Positions 15,422-34,450 are shown, numbered from the stretch's first letter. The stretch is 64,000 bases of DNA from Eledone cirrhosa (GCA_964016885.1 OZ024741.1:283402001-283466000), one strand, 5' to 3'. The notes: generated by a model from the letters alone, not told the origin. A program made the numbers and translations.

Positions 15422-18400
15422 ATTGTTATACTTTGGGAGGGTCATGTTGCCAATAAGAAAACACACGCTCCAGTTGTTTCACTTCAATTTATTATTATAA
15501 TAAATTTATAATAAATTTATAAATTTATAAATTTCTGGTTTGTTGGTTGGTTCCACAACCAGATAGTTGTTTATATATTGTCATAGTTCTTTCGTCACAC
15601 ACTCTGTGACCTCTTCAGTGACTGGGGATTCCTTTCTTTGTTTCTGTGCCTCTCCTTTGTTCTGTCCTACGCCATATGTTTCTGTGTGTGTGTTGTGTGC
15701 TCAGTCTGCGCACGCGCCACATCCGGGTGTCTGTGTGTGTGTGTGTGTGTTTATGTTCATTTATTTCTTTGTTTATTTACATGTTACTGGTTGGTTGTTT
15801 GTTCTATGTGTGTGTGTGTTTTCATTTTGTCCTTAATTGTAAGTTGTGATGTTGCTGTTCCACTCATATTTTCTATTTAATTTTGGTTGTAATTCTTTTA
15901 TGTTTATTGCCTCTGTAATTTGTCTAAACATTGCGTCTTTTCTGTGTGTAGATTCTATTTTTATTTCTATGTTCTCTAATTTACCCTTGTGTTCTATTTT
16001 AGCATGTTGGTAGAGGACAGATGATTCTTTACTATCTTGAAGGTCTCGCCAGTGTTCATTTATCCGTTCCCCTACACTACGAGCTGTCTCACCTATGTAC
16101 ACTATATTTTTGTCTCTACATTGTCCTTCAGTACATCTTATGCTATACACTACATTTCTAGTTTTACAGTTAATATGGGGCTTATTTTACAGGTTATACA
16201 TTTCTTATCTATACAGGGGGGGTCTTTGAAAAGGGTATGTCTTGCTAATAAGTGTTTTTACGGAGGTACCTGGTCTTTCTACTATCTTAATATTGAATTT
16301 TTATTTATCTAGGGCCCTTCTAAATTTGTAAGCTAATTCACCTCTAGGGGTTGTATCGATGAACATTACACTCTGGTATTTATTGCTATCATACCATGAG
16401 TTTATTCTATTAGCCTTATTCCTAGTTCTTTCTATTCTATTCCAAAATTTGCTCCTATACAAGGGGCAGATCCCATTTGTGTCATTATTTACCATTTTTT
16501 CACATTTGGTTCTGGCTCCTCTATACACTCTGATTCTATCTCTCTGATTGTAACCAGAAAATTGCATACGGTGGATGAAGTGTTGTATGTGTCTCTCTAG
16601 TTCTTCGGGATTGCACATGCGGGACACGTTTCTCATCACCCGTACCAAATCCGCAATCAGTATGTTGATTTTGGTATGGTCCGAAACAGCCGAGTTTCGG
16701 TGGATCAGATATTTGGAAGTCATGAGTTTGGCATAATGGGAATGGACGATTTGTTTTATGTTATTAATGGTATCTAACCAGAGCTCTGTGTCTAGTACAG
16801 GTAATCAATGGTTGGGTGTTTACTTGGGTAGTCTATAGTAACTCTAATACTCTGGTGGATGGAGTTAGCTATTTGCTGGATGCTTTCCATTGTGTTTTCT
16901 CTAATTCCTGACTGTTCTCTAGTGGGGGTGTTTTAACTACGATGTTTATATCATCAACGTAGCGGGAGTACATTATCAGGGTTAAGAGGTCTTCTAATTG
17001 TTCTTTAAGTTTAAGTTTAAGTCTACTGTCCCACCATACCATGAATAAGTTAGCTATGTCGCCTGCAATGCTAACACCAATGGCTGCTCCGTCCTCTTGG
17101 GCATATGTTTTTCCATTAAATTTGAACATATGTTCCTTAAGGGTTAATTTTCTGCTGGCCCCCACCGCATGTGCAATCATTTTCTTTAGTTCATCGTGGT
17201 TTTCGGGTGTCCGTATGGCTCTGGTCCACCCGTTCCATCTATCTGTGTGGGTTTTCTTGGTCATTGAGGTAATGGTAGGTGGTCTGCCTCTTGCTGGTCT
17301 TGTAGGGCACAGGTTGCTAAGGTCATATGTGTCTAGGTAATTATTACTCTAGGTAAGTTTAAGTAGGAGTCCCAGCTCACTGGTATCAATCCCATGGAAC
17401 TCAACATTGCTCTCATTGATCATTTCTACGCATTTCTCCACAGCAAAATCCACGTCAATAGATGGATACAGGGACACAACATCCATACTACCTATTATTC
17501 AGTTTGTTAGGCCCCTAGATCGGTTACTCTCGCCGATTCTGCTGAGGAGGTCCTCCGTGCTGTCACATACATCTGGGGACATTTCAATGATGGGGTGTAT
17601 GATCAGGGAGAGGAAGTAGGACAGTCTGTAGTTACTAGTAATGTTAGCTCCACAGACTGGCCGTGTTGGTGGTTCTGTGACAGGGTCACTGCCCGTTTTA
17701 TGGTCTTTTCGAAGCCCATACAACGCCGGCACGTCATTGTTCCAGGCCTGGAAGTTGTTGGCAGTCCTTTTGTTGGGCTGCATTATATTCGTCCACATCA
17801 CCATATGGGCATTGAGGGCTTTTTCTCTATCCTCATGCTCTTGTGGTGTTACTTCTCTTGTGTTAGTGATGTGGGGTAGCATTACCTGGATGTAGTTTGG
17901 CAGACTGTCAACCGACATTCTGCCAGACTTGTCTGTTGGAAAGCATGCTATCTCTCGACTACGCGAGCGCTGCATGAGCTTACGCAAGCCATTTGCAGAT
18001 TTTTCTCCAGTTGCTGGGCCTCCATTCTATTATGCTTCTTGCTATACTGTTCTATAATATTTCTAAGTTCAGATCTAGCTATACATTGTGCTTCTGTTTA
18101 TTCATCGACCTGCGACGGCAATTGCGTGCGTTTGTTAAATGGTAAAGTCGTGGCGTGGACTCGTCACAGGTCGAACGACTTATCGGAGGGATTATAAAAA
18201 GTAGAGTTCCAGGCTGCTGCTTTATGTGTACTAGTGCTATTGTTATTGTTATTTCTATTTCCACCAACAGCCTCATGGTTGTTTCTATGTCTCTCATTAT
18301 TACTCCTGTCTCTTTCCACTGGCTCATTGTTATTATCTACTCTATTTTGTGTGTCTGTGTGTTCGTCTTGGTTATTTTCTTTGTCCATAGTCTCCCTTCT

Positions 18401-18967
18401 CCTTTCAATCCTATTACCTTCCCTTATTTCTGTGCTACTGTCATTACCTGTTTTCTGAGTCTGTGTGTTTGTTAAGATTGTGATGGTGGTGAGAGGCATT
18501 GAATGTGTGTGTGTTGTTGTTGTTGTTGATGTGCGCTGTTGTTGATGTGTGTTGTTGTTGTTGTCTCCGTGTGTGTTATTATTGTTGTGTGTGTTGTTAT
18601 TGTTGTTTGTGTCTGCGTGTCTGTTGTTGTTTCTGAGTATGTTATTATTGTTGATGTGTGTGTTGTTGTTATTGTTGTTTGTGTCTGTGTGTCTGTTGTT
18701 GGGATGTGTGTTGTATATGTGTATGCGTATGCTGTTACTTTTGTTTTTGTTTTTGAGGCTCCAACGTAATTTTGTAAATGATTTTTCTATTTCTGACAAG
18801 CAACTAATTATATCTACCTTCTTGAATGTCGCATACTTAGGTGGAAGTTGTAATACAGATAATTCATCAGAGTCTACCGTAGTGTTGCCGTATATATTTG
18901 TGTTGTTGAACTCATCTGTTAATGAGATGTCGGCCATATTTATACGGTCAATTTTGTTGGGATGTCT
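15422..18967 (-). mobile_element. Penelope-like element, probably Naiad-type, decayed
   Basis: Fragments [50 protein letters not shown] insert, GAAIGVSIAGDIANLFM, RYVDD, CxxxxCxxC linker, C-terminal GIY-YIG (VVYSIRC..VYIGETAR..ERINEH); stops and frameshifts. Clade assignment is from recalled motifs. Confidence 0.88.
15580..15622 (-). ncRNA. Type I minimal hammerhead in Penelope 3' pLTR
   Basis: Reverse strand GTCA-CTGAAGA-G-GTCAC-AGAGTGT-GTGAC-GAAA-GAAC-TA-TGAC. Confidence 0.8.
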
Positions 18968-19532
<565 letters not shown>

Positions 19533-21786
19533 ATCATCATCATCATCATCATCATCAGGTTTAGCGTCCGTGTTCCACGCTTGCATGGGTTTGGACGGGG
19601 GTTTTCCCACTTGAGGCAAGAGTGGTTGTCTTGCTCGCATAGGACTGTCTGGCGGGTTTTCTACAGTTGGATGCCCTTCCTAACACCAACCACATTTACA
19701 GTGTGGGGCTGGGAGGTTTTTACCGTGTTGCCTACACGGCCACATTACAGCGTGGACTGTCTGGCGGGTTTTCTACAGCTGGATGCCCTTCCTAACACCA
19801 ACCACATTTACAGTGTGGGGCTGGGAGGTTTTTACCGTGTTGCCTACACGGCCACATTTACAGCGTGGACTGTGTGTTTTTTGTCGTGACACCTACACGA
19901 TCTCATTTGTTTCGGCCTGGATGTTGTGGGGCCAACATAACTTTACATTGAAAGGGGCGGTGTGGGTGGGGTGGAGGTGGAGGTGGTGGGACGGGGGTGT
20001 GTTTTGATAGAGGTGCCTACTGACTGTAGTAGGTTTTTACTTTGTATTTAGGTAAGGCGGGTCTTCTCTATTACTGAGTACCGCCAAAGGTCTCGGTCCA
20101 GTGACATTGTCTTGGAGAGGTGTAAGCGTGTGAGGTCGGAAATTATCAGCTCGTCCCATGTTTTTCTGGGTCTGCCTACTCCGTGGCTACCGTCTATCTT
20201 TATTGCCCTGCACTTTGTTATACAGCTGTCGTCTTTCATGCGCATCACGTGACCGTACCAACGTAGCCTTCTCTCGAGTAAACAACATCTGATCCCTCTT
20301 ATTTCTAATTTTTTCCTTAGTTCGTTTATGCTTTGCCGTTCACGTATATTACTATTGCACATCCAGCGGAGCATGCAAGCTTCGTTCCTCTCTAGTCTGC
20401 GTATATCCTCTGCACACAATGCCCAGGTCTCACTGCCATGCAGCATTGCTGTTCGTATGCAGGCATCGTATAACCTGCCTTTCATTTTTAGGGAGAACCC
20501 TCTAGCGGCTAATAGTGGTATAAGCTCTCTGAACTTTTTCCATCCAGTTCTGACTCTAGCTACTGTACTTTCAGAGCACCCTCCCCCACTGCTGATTTTG
20601 TCACCCAGATAACGGAAGCTATCCACTATTTCTATAGAACCCTCTGCGCAGTTGAAGGAGCTAGTATTTTGTGGGCACTTGCTGCTACTTATTGCACCAG
20701 AGCACCGGCCACATGTAAAATCTATGTTCTTAGTTAGCTTACCTGTGATCCCACTACATCTTTTATGCACCCATACTTTGCATTTGGGACATAAAATGGA
20801 GTTTCTACCTACGCCTTTCCTACACACTGAGCATGGCCATTTCCCCGATGGGACCGCCGCCTTATTTTCTTTCCTACAAACTAGAACTTTAGTCTTAGCC
20901 AGGTTAATTTTAAGGCCTTTTGATTCTAGGCCGTGCTTCCACGTTTGGAATTTCTTCTCTAGTTCGGTCATTGATTCAGCTATGAGCGTTAGATCATCTG
21001 CGTATAGGAGTTCCCATGGGCAGCCGGTCTTGAACTCCTCTGTTATAGCCTGAAGGGCAATAATAAATAGTAGGGGGCTAAGTACAGAGCCCTGATGGAC
21101 ACCAACTTTTACGCTAAACTCTTCACTATATTCGTTGTTAATTCTAACCTTACTGACTGTTTCTTTATACATGGCTTGTATAGCTCTCACAAGCCATTCG
21201 TCAACACCTAGTTTTCTAAGAGACCACCAGATAATGGAACGGGGGACTCTGTCGAAGGCTTTCTCCAAGTCGACAAAAGCTAAGTATAGGGGTTTACTTT
21301 TAGCTAGGTACTTCTCCTGTAGTTGTCGTACAATGAAAAGAGCGTCTGTGGTACTTTTGCCTGACACAAACCCGAACTGCATTTCATCTAGATCAATTCT
21401 CTCTCTGATTAGTTGCGCTATTACTTTTTCCGTGACCTTCATGACCTGGTCGATTAATTTAATGCCTCTATAGTTACTCCTATCTAGGGCATCTCCTTTT
21501 CCCTTATAGCAGTTAACGATGATGCTGCTACGCCATTCCTTCGGAACAACCCCATTCTGTACGACTTGGTTAACTATCCGGGTGACCATGGTGTGTCCCA
21601 CCGAACCAGATGCCTTCAGCATCTCAGCAACTATTTCCGAAGGCCCAGCCGCCTTACCCGTCTTCATATCTTTGATTGCCTTACTTATTATACTACCTTC
21701 AACTAACACTGCTGGTCCCTCTATTGGATCGATCTGGGGGAGACTATCTTTCTCCCATTTGTTCTCCTCATTTAGAAGCCTTTCGT
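19533..21786 (-). mobile_element. RTE LINE family A copy 4, 5'-truncated, RT-to-stop frame intact
   Basis: Non-microsatellite part of ORF 20048-22210 ([12 protein letters not shown]); nearly identical to copy 3 including the duplicated 3' UTR. Confidence 0.95.
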
Positions 21787-21800
21787 ATACATATATATAC

Positions 21801-21847
<47 letters not shown>

Positions 21848-21858
21848 CATATATATAC

Positions 21859-21905
<47 letters not shown>

Positions 21906-22082
21906 CATATATATACATATATATATATATACATATATATATATACACATATATATATATACATATATATACATATATATACATATACATATATACATAT
22001 ATATACATATATATACATATACATATATATACATATATATATATACATATATATACATATATATATATATACATATATATAC

Positions 22083-22113
<31 letters not shown>

Positions 22114-22140
22114 CATATATATACATATACATATATATAC

Positions 22141-22171
<31 letters not shown>

Positions 22172-22368
22172 CATATATATACATATATATATATATACAT
22201 ATATATACATATATTATATATACATATATATATATATACATATATATACATATATATATATATACATATATATACATATATTATATATACATATATATAG
22301 CATATATTATATATATACATATATATATATTATATACATATATTATATATATACATATATATATATTT

Positions 22369-22425
<57 letters not shown>

Positions 22426-22426
22426 A

Positions 22427-22490
<64 letters not shown>

Positions 22491-22564
22491 CATATATACA
22501 TATATTATATATATACATATATTATATATATACATATATTATATATATACATATATATATATTT

Positions 22565-22644
<80 letters not shown>

Positions 22645-22796
22645 CATATATACATATATATACATATATATACATATATATATATATATACATATATATA
22701 TATTATATATATATACATATATATATACATATATATATACATATATATATACATATATATATACATATATATACATATATATATACATATATATAC

Positions 22797-22851
<55 letters not shown>

Positions 22852-22990
22852 CATATATATACACATATATATATATATATATATACATATATATACACAT
22901 ATATATATATATACATACATATATATACACATATATATATATATACATACATATATATACACATATATATATATACATACATATATATAC

Positions 22991-23021
<31 letters not shown>

Positions 23022-23046
23022 CATACATATATATACATATATATAT

Positions 23047-23526
23047 ATTACACCTCTCCAAGACAATGTCACTGGACCGAGACCTTTGGCGGTACTCAGT
23101 AACAGAGAAGACCCGCCTTACCTAAATATATAGTAAAACCTACTCCAGCCAGTAGGCATCTCTAACAAAATACACCCCGTCCCACCACCACCACCCCCAC
23201 CCGATCCACACCACCCCGTTCTATGTAAAGTTATGTTGGTGCCGCGCCATCGAGGCCGAAACAAATGGGATCGTGTAGGTGTCACGACAAAAAAACACAC
23301 AGTCCACGCTGTAATGTGGCCGTGTAGGCAACACGGTAAAAACCTCCCAGACCCACACTGTAAATGTGGTTGGTGTTAGGAAGGGCATCCAACTGTAGAA
23401 AACCTGCCAGACAGTCCTATGCGAGCAAGACAATCACTCTTGCCTCAAGTGGGACTACCCCCGTCCAAACCCATGCAACCGTGGAACACGGACGTTAAAC
23501 GTTGATGATGATGATTATGATGATGA
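23047..23526 (+). mobile_element. RTE LINE family A copy 5, 3' end only
   Basis: Last codons ([18 protein letters not shown]), 3' UTR, GAT tail; matches 4868-5336. Confidence 0.92.
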
Positions 23527-23531
23527 TATAC

Positions 23532-23576
<45 letters not shown>

Positions 23577-23623
23577 CATACATATATATACATATATATA
23601 TATATATACATACATATATATAC

Positions 23624-23674
<51 letters not shown>

Positions 23675-23871
23675 CATATATATACATATATACATATATA
23701 TACATATATATATTACATATATACATATATATACATATATATATACATATATACATATATATACATATATATATACATATATATATATATACATATATAT
23801 ATACATATATACATATATATATACATATACATCATATATATATACATATACATATATATACATATATATAC

Positions 23872-23942
<71 letters not shown>

Positions 23943-23973
23943 TAATATATATATATATAATATATATATATAT

Positions 23974-24218
<245 letters not shown>

Positions 24219-24407
24219 CATATATATATACATATACATATATATATACATATACATATATATATACATATATATATATATATACATATAATATATAATA
24301 TATATATATATATACATATATATATACATATACATATATATATATACATATACATATATATATACATATACATATATATATATACATATACATATATATA
24401 CATATAC

Positions 24408-24439
<32 letters not shown>

Positions 24440-24463
24440 ACATATACATATATATACATATAC

Positions 24464-24495
<32 letters not shown>

Positions 24496-24597
24496 ATACA
24501 TATACATATATATACATATATATATATATACATATACATATACATATATATACATATACATATATATATACATATATATATATATACATATATATAC

Positions 24598-24628
<31 letters not shown>

Positions 24629-24727
24629 CATATATATACATATATATATACATATATATATACATATATATACACATATATATACATATATATATATATA
24701 CATATATATATACATATATATATATAT

Positions 24728-24774
<47 letters not shown>

Positions 24775-24823
24775 CATATATATACATATATATATACATA
24801 TATATATATATACATATATATAC

Positions 24824-24870
<47 letters not shown>

Positions 24871-25139
24871 TATATACATATATATATATATGTATATATA
24901 TATATGTATGTATATATATGTATATGTATATATATGTATATATATGTATATATATGTATATGTATATATATGTATATATATATATACATATATATACATA
25001 TACATATATATACATATGTATATATATATATACATATATATACATATACATATATATACATATATATACATATACATATATATACATATATATACATATA
25101 TATACATATACATATATATACATACATATATATATATAC

Positions 25140-25192
<53 letters not shown>

Positions 25193-25809
25193 TATATATA
25201 CATATATATATATATACATTTATATATATATATACATATATATACACATATACACATATATATATATATACACATATATATATATACATATATATATATA
25301 CACATATATATATATACACATATATATATATATACACATATATATATATATACACATATATATATATACACATATATATATATACACATATATATATATA
25401 TACACATATATATATATACACATATATATATATATACACATATATATATACACATATATATATATACACATATATATATATACATATATATATATCCATA
25501 TATATATATATACATATATATATATACATATATAAATATATACACATATATATATATACACATATATATATATCCATATATATATATATACATATATATA
25601 TATACATATATATATATACATATATATATATATACATATATATATATACATATATATATATACATATATATATATACATATACATATATACATATATATA
25701 TATACATATACATATATACATATACATACATATACATACATATATATATATACATATATATACATACATATATATATATATATATATACATATATATACA
25801 TATATATAT

Positions 25810-25874
<65 letters not shown>

Positions 25875-25973
25875 CATATATATATATACATATATATATA
25901 TACATATATATATATACATATATATATATACATATATATATATACATATATATATATACATATATATATATAC

Positions 25974-26016
<43 letters not shown>

Positions 26017-26028
26017 TGTATATATACA

Positions 26029-26076
<48 letters not shown>

Positions 26077-26087
26077 TGTATATATAC

Positions 26088-26120
<33 letters not shown>

Positions 26121-26197
26121 CATATATATACATATACATATATATATATATATACATATATATACATATACATATATATATATATACATATATATAC

Positions 26198-26248
<51 letters not shown>

Positions 26249-26465
26249 CATATATATACATATACATATATATATATATACATATATATACATATATATA
26301 TATATACATATATATATACATATATATATATATACATATATATATACATATACATATATATATATATACATATACATATACATATATATATATATACATA
26401 TATATATACATATATATATATATACATATATATATACATATATATATATATACATATATATATAC

Positions 26466-26527
<62 letters not shown>

Positions 26528-26531
<4 letters not shown>

Positions 26532-26933
26532 GTTAACCTTGGTCTTCCTCTTCTAGTGTGTCCATGTAGGGGCTCCCAAAGGAGCACTGAGTGCAATGTC
26601 AACTCTGGATGTCGGTGACCATGTCCAGCCAACCTCAGTCTCCTCTGTGTCACTTTTGAGCTGACTTTTGGGATGCTCCCATACAGCTCTGAGTTTTTCA
26701 TCCTCAGTGTATACTGATTAATGTTCAGAGCCATCCTCAGCATTCTCGTGTAGCACCCATCCACCATCTGAGTGAGTCTCTTGGTCAGTGTCCAAGTCTC
26801 AAGGTTAACATATGTTGATGCCCTAAGGACAGACACTGGTCTGTTGGAGATGCAGGATATGGCAGCGATAATGAGGGACAGAGACCGCTGGAGAGAACTC
26901 GTCCATGGATCTCGGGAATTTTACCCGCCTTAG
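26528..26933. mobile_element. Fragment of a different RTE-like LINE with a 5' inversion
   Basis: Minus segment 26528-26800 encodes [24 protein letters not shown]; plus segment 26800-26933 continues [19 protein letters not shown]..stop. Confidence 0.85.
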
Positions 26934-27125
26934 ATACATATATATATATATATATACATATATATATACATATATATATATACATATATATATATACATA
27001 TATATATATACATATACATATATATACATATATATATACATATATATATACATATATATATATATATACATATACATATACATATATATACATATATATA
27101 CATATATATATACATATATATATAC

Positions 27126-27156
<31 letters not shown>

Positions 27157-27165
27157 CATATATAC

Positions 27166-27229
<64 letters not shown>

Positions 27230-27810
27230 ATATACATATATATATATACATATATATATATACATATATATATATACATATATATATATACATATATATA
27301 TATACATATATATATATACATATATATATACATATATATATATACATATATATATACATATATATACATATACATATATATATACATATACATATATATA
27401 TACATATACATATATATATACATATACATACATATATATATACATATACATACATATATATATACATATACATACATATATATATATATACATATACATA
27501 CATATATATATACATATACATACATATATATATACATATACATACATATATATATATATACATACATATATATATACATATACATACATATATATATATA
27601 TACATACATATACATACATATATACATATACATACATATATATATATATACATATATATATACATATACATACATATATATATATACATACATACATATA
27701 TATATATATATACATATATATATACATATACATACATATATATATATATACATACATATATATATATATACATACATATACATATACATACATATACATA
27801 CATATACATA

Positions 27811-28145
27811 CTATCCGTCCCATTCAAAAATCTAAATCGCAACTCATAACAACAATACGGCACAATTATTTCACCTCAATCGGCCCTGCTCTCTTCAACA
27901 TCACACCAGGACACGTCAAAACAGAAACTGACCACACAAAATTCAAGAGTCTTTGGACAAATTCCTCCAAGTAATCCCGGACAAACCACCCACACCCGGA
28001 TATGTCTCCGCAAACAGTAATTCTCTTCTCGAATGGGCCATGGTGCCCAAATCCTGAATTGAAAGACTTCGCCAGGTGGTGCTATTAAGTTAGACATGGC
28101 CTGGGCCAATACTGGCCAAAACATTTCAAAGTTATTCAAAGTTAT
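27811..28145 (+). mobile_element. 3' end of a CR1/L2-group LINE
   Basis: Translates to [36 protein letters not shown] (one frameshift); short 3' UTR ending (TTCAAAGTTA)x2. Confidence 0.7.
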
Positions 28146-29019
28146 ACATATACATATATATACATATACATACATATATATATATATACATACATATATA
28201 TATATACATACATATATATATATATACATATACATACATATATATATACATATACATACATATATATATACATATACATACATATATATATACATATACA
28301 TACATATATATATACATATACATACATATATATATATATACATACATATATATATATATACATACATACATATATATATATATACATACATATATATATA
28401 TATACATACATATATATATATATACATATACATACATATATATATATATATATATACATATACATACATACATATATATATACATATACATACATATATA
28501 TATACATATACATACATACATATATATATACATATACATACATATATATATACATATACATACATATATATATACATATACATACATATATATATATATA
28601 CATATACATACATACATATATATATACACATACATATATATATATACATATACATACATACATATATATATACATATACATACATATATATATATATACA
28701 TATACATACATATATATATATATACATATACATATATATATATATACATACATATACATATACATATACATACATATACATATATATATACATATACATG
28801 CATATATATATACATATACATACATATACATATATATATACATATACATACATATATATATATATATATATACATATACATACATATACATATACATACA
28901 TATATATATATATATACATATACATACATATACATACATATACATATACATACATATATATATATATATACATATACATACATACATATATATATATACA
29001 TACATATATATATATATAC

Positions 29020-29055
<36 letters not shown>

Positions 29056-29123
29056 ATATACATACATACATACATATATATACATACATACTTATATATA
29101 CATACATACATATATATATATAC

Positions 29124-29159
<36 letters not shown>

Positions 29160-29879
29160 ATATACATACATACATACATATATATACATACATACTTATA
29201 TATACATACATACATACATATATATACATACATACATATATATACATACATACTTATATATATACATATATATATACATATATATATACATACATATATA
29301 TATACATATATACATATATACATATATATACATATATATACATATATACATATATATATACATATATATATATACATATATATACATATATATATACATA
29401 TATATATACATATATATATATACATATATATATATACATATATATATATACATATATATATATACATATATATATATACATATATATATATACATATATA
29501 TATATACATATATATATATACATATATATATACATATATATATATATACATATATATATATACATATATATATATACATACATATATATATATACATATA
29601 TATATATACATATATATATATACATACATATATATATATACATATATATATACATATATATATATATACATATATATATATACATATATATATATATACA
29701 CATATATATACACATATATATATACATATATATATATATACACATATATATACACATATATATATACATATATATATATATACATATATATATATACATA
29801 TATATATATACATATATATATATATACATATATATACATATATATATATACATATATATATATACATATATATATATAC

Positions 29880-29924
<45 letters not shown>

Positions 29925-29941
29925 CATATATATATATATAC

Positions 29942-30012
<71 letters not shown>

Positions 30013-30103
30013 CATATATATATATACATATATATATACATATATATATATACATATATATATACATATATATATACATATATATATACACATATATATA
30101 TAC

Positions 30104-30172
<69 letters not shown>

Positions 30173-30394
30173 CATATATATATACATATACATATATATA
30201 TATATACATATATATATACATATATATATATACATATATATATATACATATATATATATACATATATATATACACATATATATATACATATATATATATA
30301 CATATATATATACATATATATATATACATATATATATACATATATATATACATATACATATACATATATATATCTACATATATATATCTACATA

Positions 30395-30426
<32 letters not shown>

Positions 30427-30559
30427 CATATATATATACATATATATATACATATATATATACATATATATATATACATATATATATATACATATATATA
30501 TATACATATATATATATACATATATATATATACATATATATATACATATATATATATAC

Positions 30560-30604
<45 letters not shown>

Positions 30605-30691
30605 CATATATATATACATATATATATACACATATATATATATACATATATACATATATATATACATATATATATACACATATATATATAC

Positions 30692-30734
<43 letters not shown>

Positions 30735-30915
30735 TATATACATATATATATATATATACATATATATACATATATATATATACATATACATATATATATA
30801 CATATATACATATATATACATATATATATACATATATACATATATATACATATATACATATATATATATACATATATATACACATATATATATATATATA
30901 TATACATATATATAC

Positions 30916-30967
<52 letters not shown>

Positions 30968-31097
30968 ACATATACATATATATACATATATATATATATA
31001 CATATACATATATATACATATATATACATATATATATATACATATACATATATATACATATATATACATATATATATATACATATACATATATATAC

Positions 31098-31144
<47 letters not shown>

Positions 31145-31177
31145 CATATACATATATATACATATACATATATATAC

Positions 31178-31208
<31 letters not shown>

Positions 31209-31257
31209 CATATACATATATATACATATACATATATATACATATACATATATATAC

Positions 31258-31288
<31 letters not shown>

Positions 31289-31465
31289 CATATACATATA
31301 TATACATATATATATATATACATATACATATATATACATATACATATATATACATATACATATATATACATATACATATATATACATATATATATACATA
31401 TATATATATATATACATATATATACATATACATATATATATATACATATACATATATACATATAC

Positions 31466-31506
<41 letters not shown>

Positions 31507-31561
31507 TACATATATATATATATACATATATATACATATATATATATATACATATATATAC

Positions 31562-31656
<95 letters not shown>

Positions 31657-31685
31657 CATACATATATATATATATATATACATAC

Positions 31686-31772
<87 letters not shown>

Positions 31773-31920
31773 CATACATATATATATACATATATATACA
31801 TACATATATATATACATATATATACATACATATATACATATATATACATACATATATACATATATATACATACATATATATATACATATACATATATATA
31901 TACATATATATATACACATA

Positions 31921-32006
<86 letters not shown>

Positions 32007-32029
32007 CATATATATACACATATATATAC

Positions 32030-32076
<47 letters not shown>

Positions 32077-32389
32077 CATATACATATATATATACATATA
32101 TATACATATACATATATATATACATATATACATATACATATATATATACATACATATATATACATATATATATATATACATATATATACATACATATATA
32201 TATATACATATATATACATACATATATATATATACATATATATACATACATATATATATATACATATATATACATACATATATATACATATATATACATA
32301 CATATATACATATACATATATATACATACATACATATATATATATACATATATATATATACATATATATATATACATATATATATATAC

Positions 32390-32426
<37 letters not shown>

Positions 32427-32513
32427 CATATATACATATATATACATATATACATATATATACATATATACATATATATACATATATACATATATATACA
32501 TATATACATATAT

Positions 32514-32563
<50 letters not shown>

Positions 32564-32649
32564 ATACATATACATATATATACATATATATACATATATA
32601 TATACATATATATACATATATATATACATATATATACATATATATATAC

Positions 32650-32681
<32 letters not shown>

Positions 32682-32779
32682 ACATATATATATATACATA
32701 TACATATATATATATATATACATATATATACATATATATATATATATCCATATATATACATATATATATATACATATAC

Positions 32780-32811
<32 letters not shown>

Positions 32812-33063
32812 ATATACATATACATATATATATATATATACATATATACATATACATATATATATATATATACATATATACATATACATATATATATATA
32901 TACATATATACATATACATATATATACATACATATACATATATACATATATATACATATACATATACATATATATACATATATACATATACATATATACA
33001 TATATATATATACATATACATATATACATATACATATACATATATATACATATATACATATAC

Positions 33064-33106
<43 letters not shown>

Positions 33107-33109
33107 TAC

Positions 33110-33159
<50 letters not shown>

Positions 33160-33351
33160 ATATACATATATACATATACATATATACATATACATATATA
33201 TATACATATACACATATACATACATATATATACATATACATATATATACATATACATATATACATACATATATATACATATACATATATATACATATACA
33301 TATATACATACATATATATACATATACATATATATACATATACATATATAC

Positions 33352-33382
<31 letters not shown>

Positions 33383-33411
33383 CATACATATATATATATA
33401 TACATATATAC

Positions 33412-33442
<31 letters not shown>

Positions 33443-33471
33443 CATACATATATATATATATACATATATAC

Positions 33472-33502
<31 letters not shown>

Positions 33503-33507
33503 CATAC

Positions 33508-33650
<143 letters not shown>

Positions 33651-33691
33651 CATATATATACATATATACATATATATATATACATATATAC

Positions 33692-33722
<31 letters not shown>

Positions 33723-33847
33723 CATATATATATATACATATATATATATACATATATATATATACATATATATATATACATATATATATATACATATATA
33801 TATATACATATATATACATATACATATATACATATATATACATATAC

Positions 33848-34090
<243 letters not shown>

Positions 34091-34101
34091 CATATATATA
34101 C

Positions 34102-34132
<31 letters not shown>

Positions 34133-34180
34133 CATATATATATATACATATATACATATATATATATACATATATATATA

Positions 34181-34368
34181 TTGTTATACTTTGGGAGGGT
34201 CATGTTGCCAATAAGAAACACACGCACCAGTTGCTTTCACTTCAATTTATTATAATAAATTTATAATAAATTTATAAATTTCTGGTTGGTTGGTTGGTTC
34301 CACAACCAGATAGTTGTTTATATAGTGTCATAGTTCTTTCGTCACACACTTTGTGACCTCTTCAGTGA
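34181..34368 (-). mobile_element. Solo 3' pLTR of the Naiad-type Penelope, with hammerhead at 34327-34368
   Basis: Near-identical to 15422-15621; both ends abut (TA)n. Confidence 0.88.
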
Positions 34369-34416
34369 TATATATGTATATATGTATATATATTCATATA
34401 TATATATATGTATACA

Positions 34417-34450
<34 letters not shown>

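Noticed and set aside
17499-17501. In-frame TGA before IIGSMD as possible selenocysteine (reported in some Naiad elements)
   Set aside because: The element also has TAA/TAG stops and frameshifts, conserved cysteines are TGT/TGC, and no SECIS-like hairpin was seen in 15622-15833
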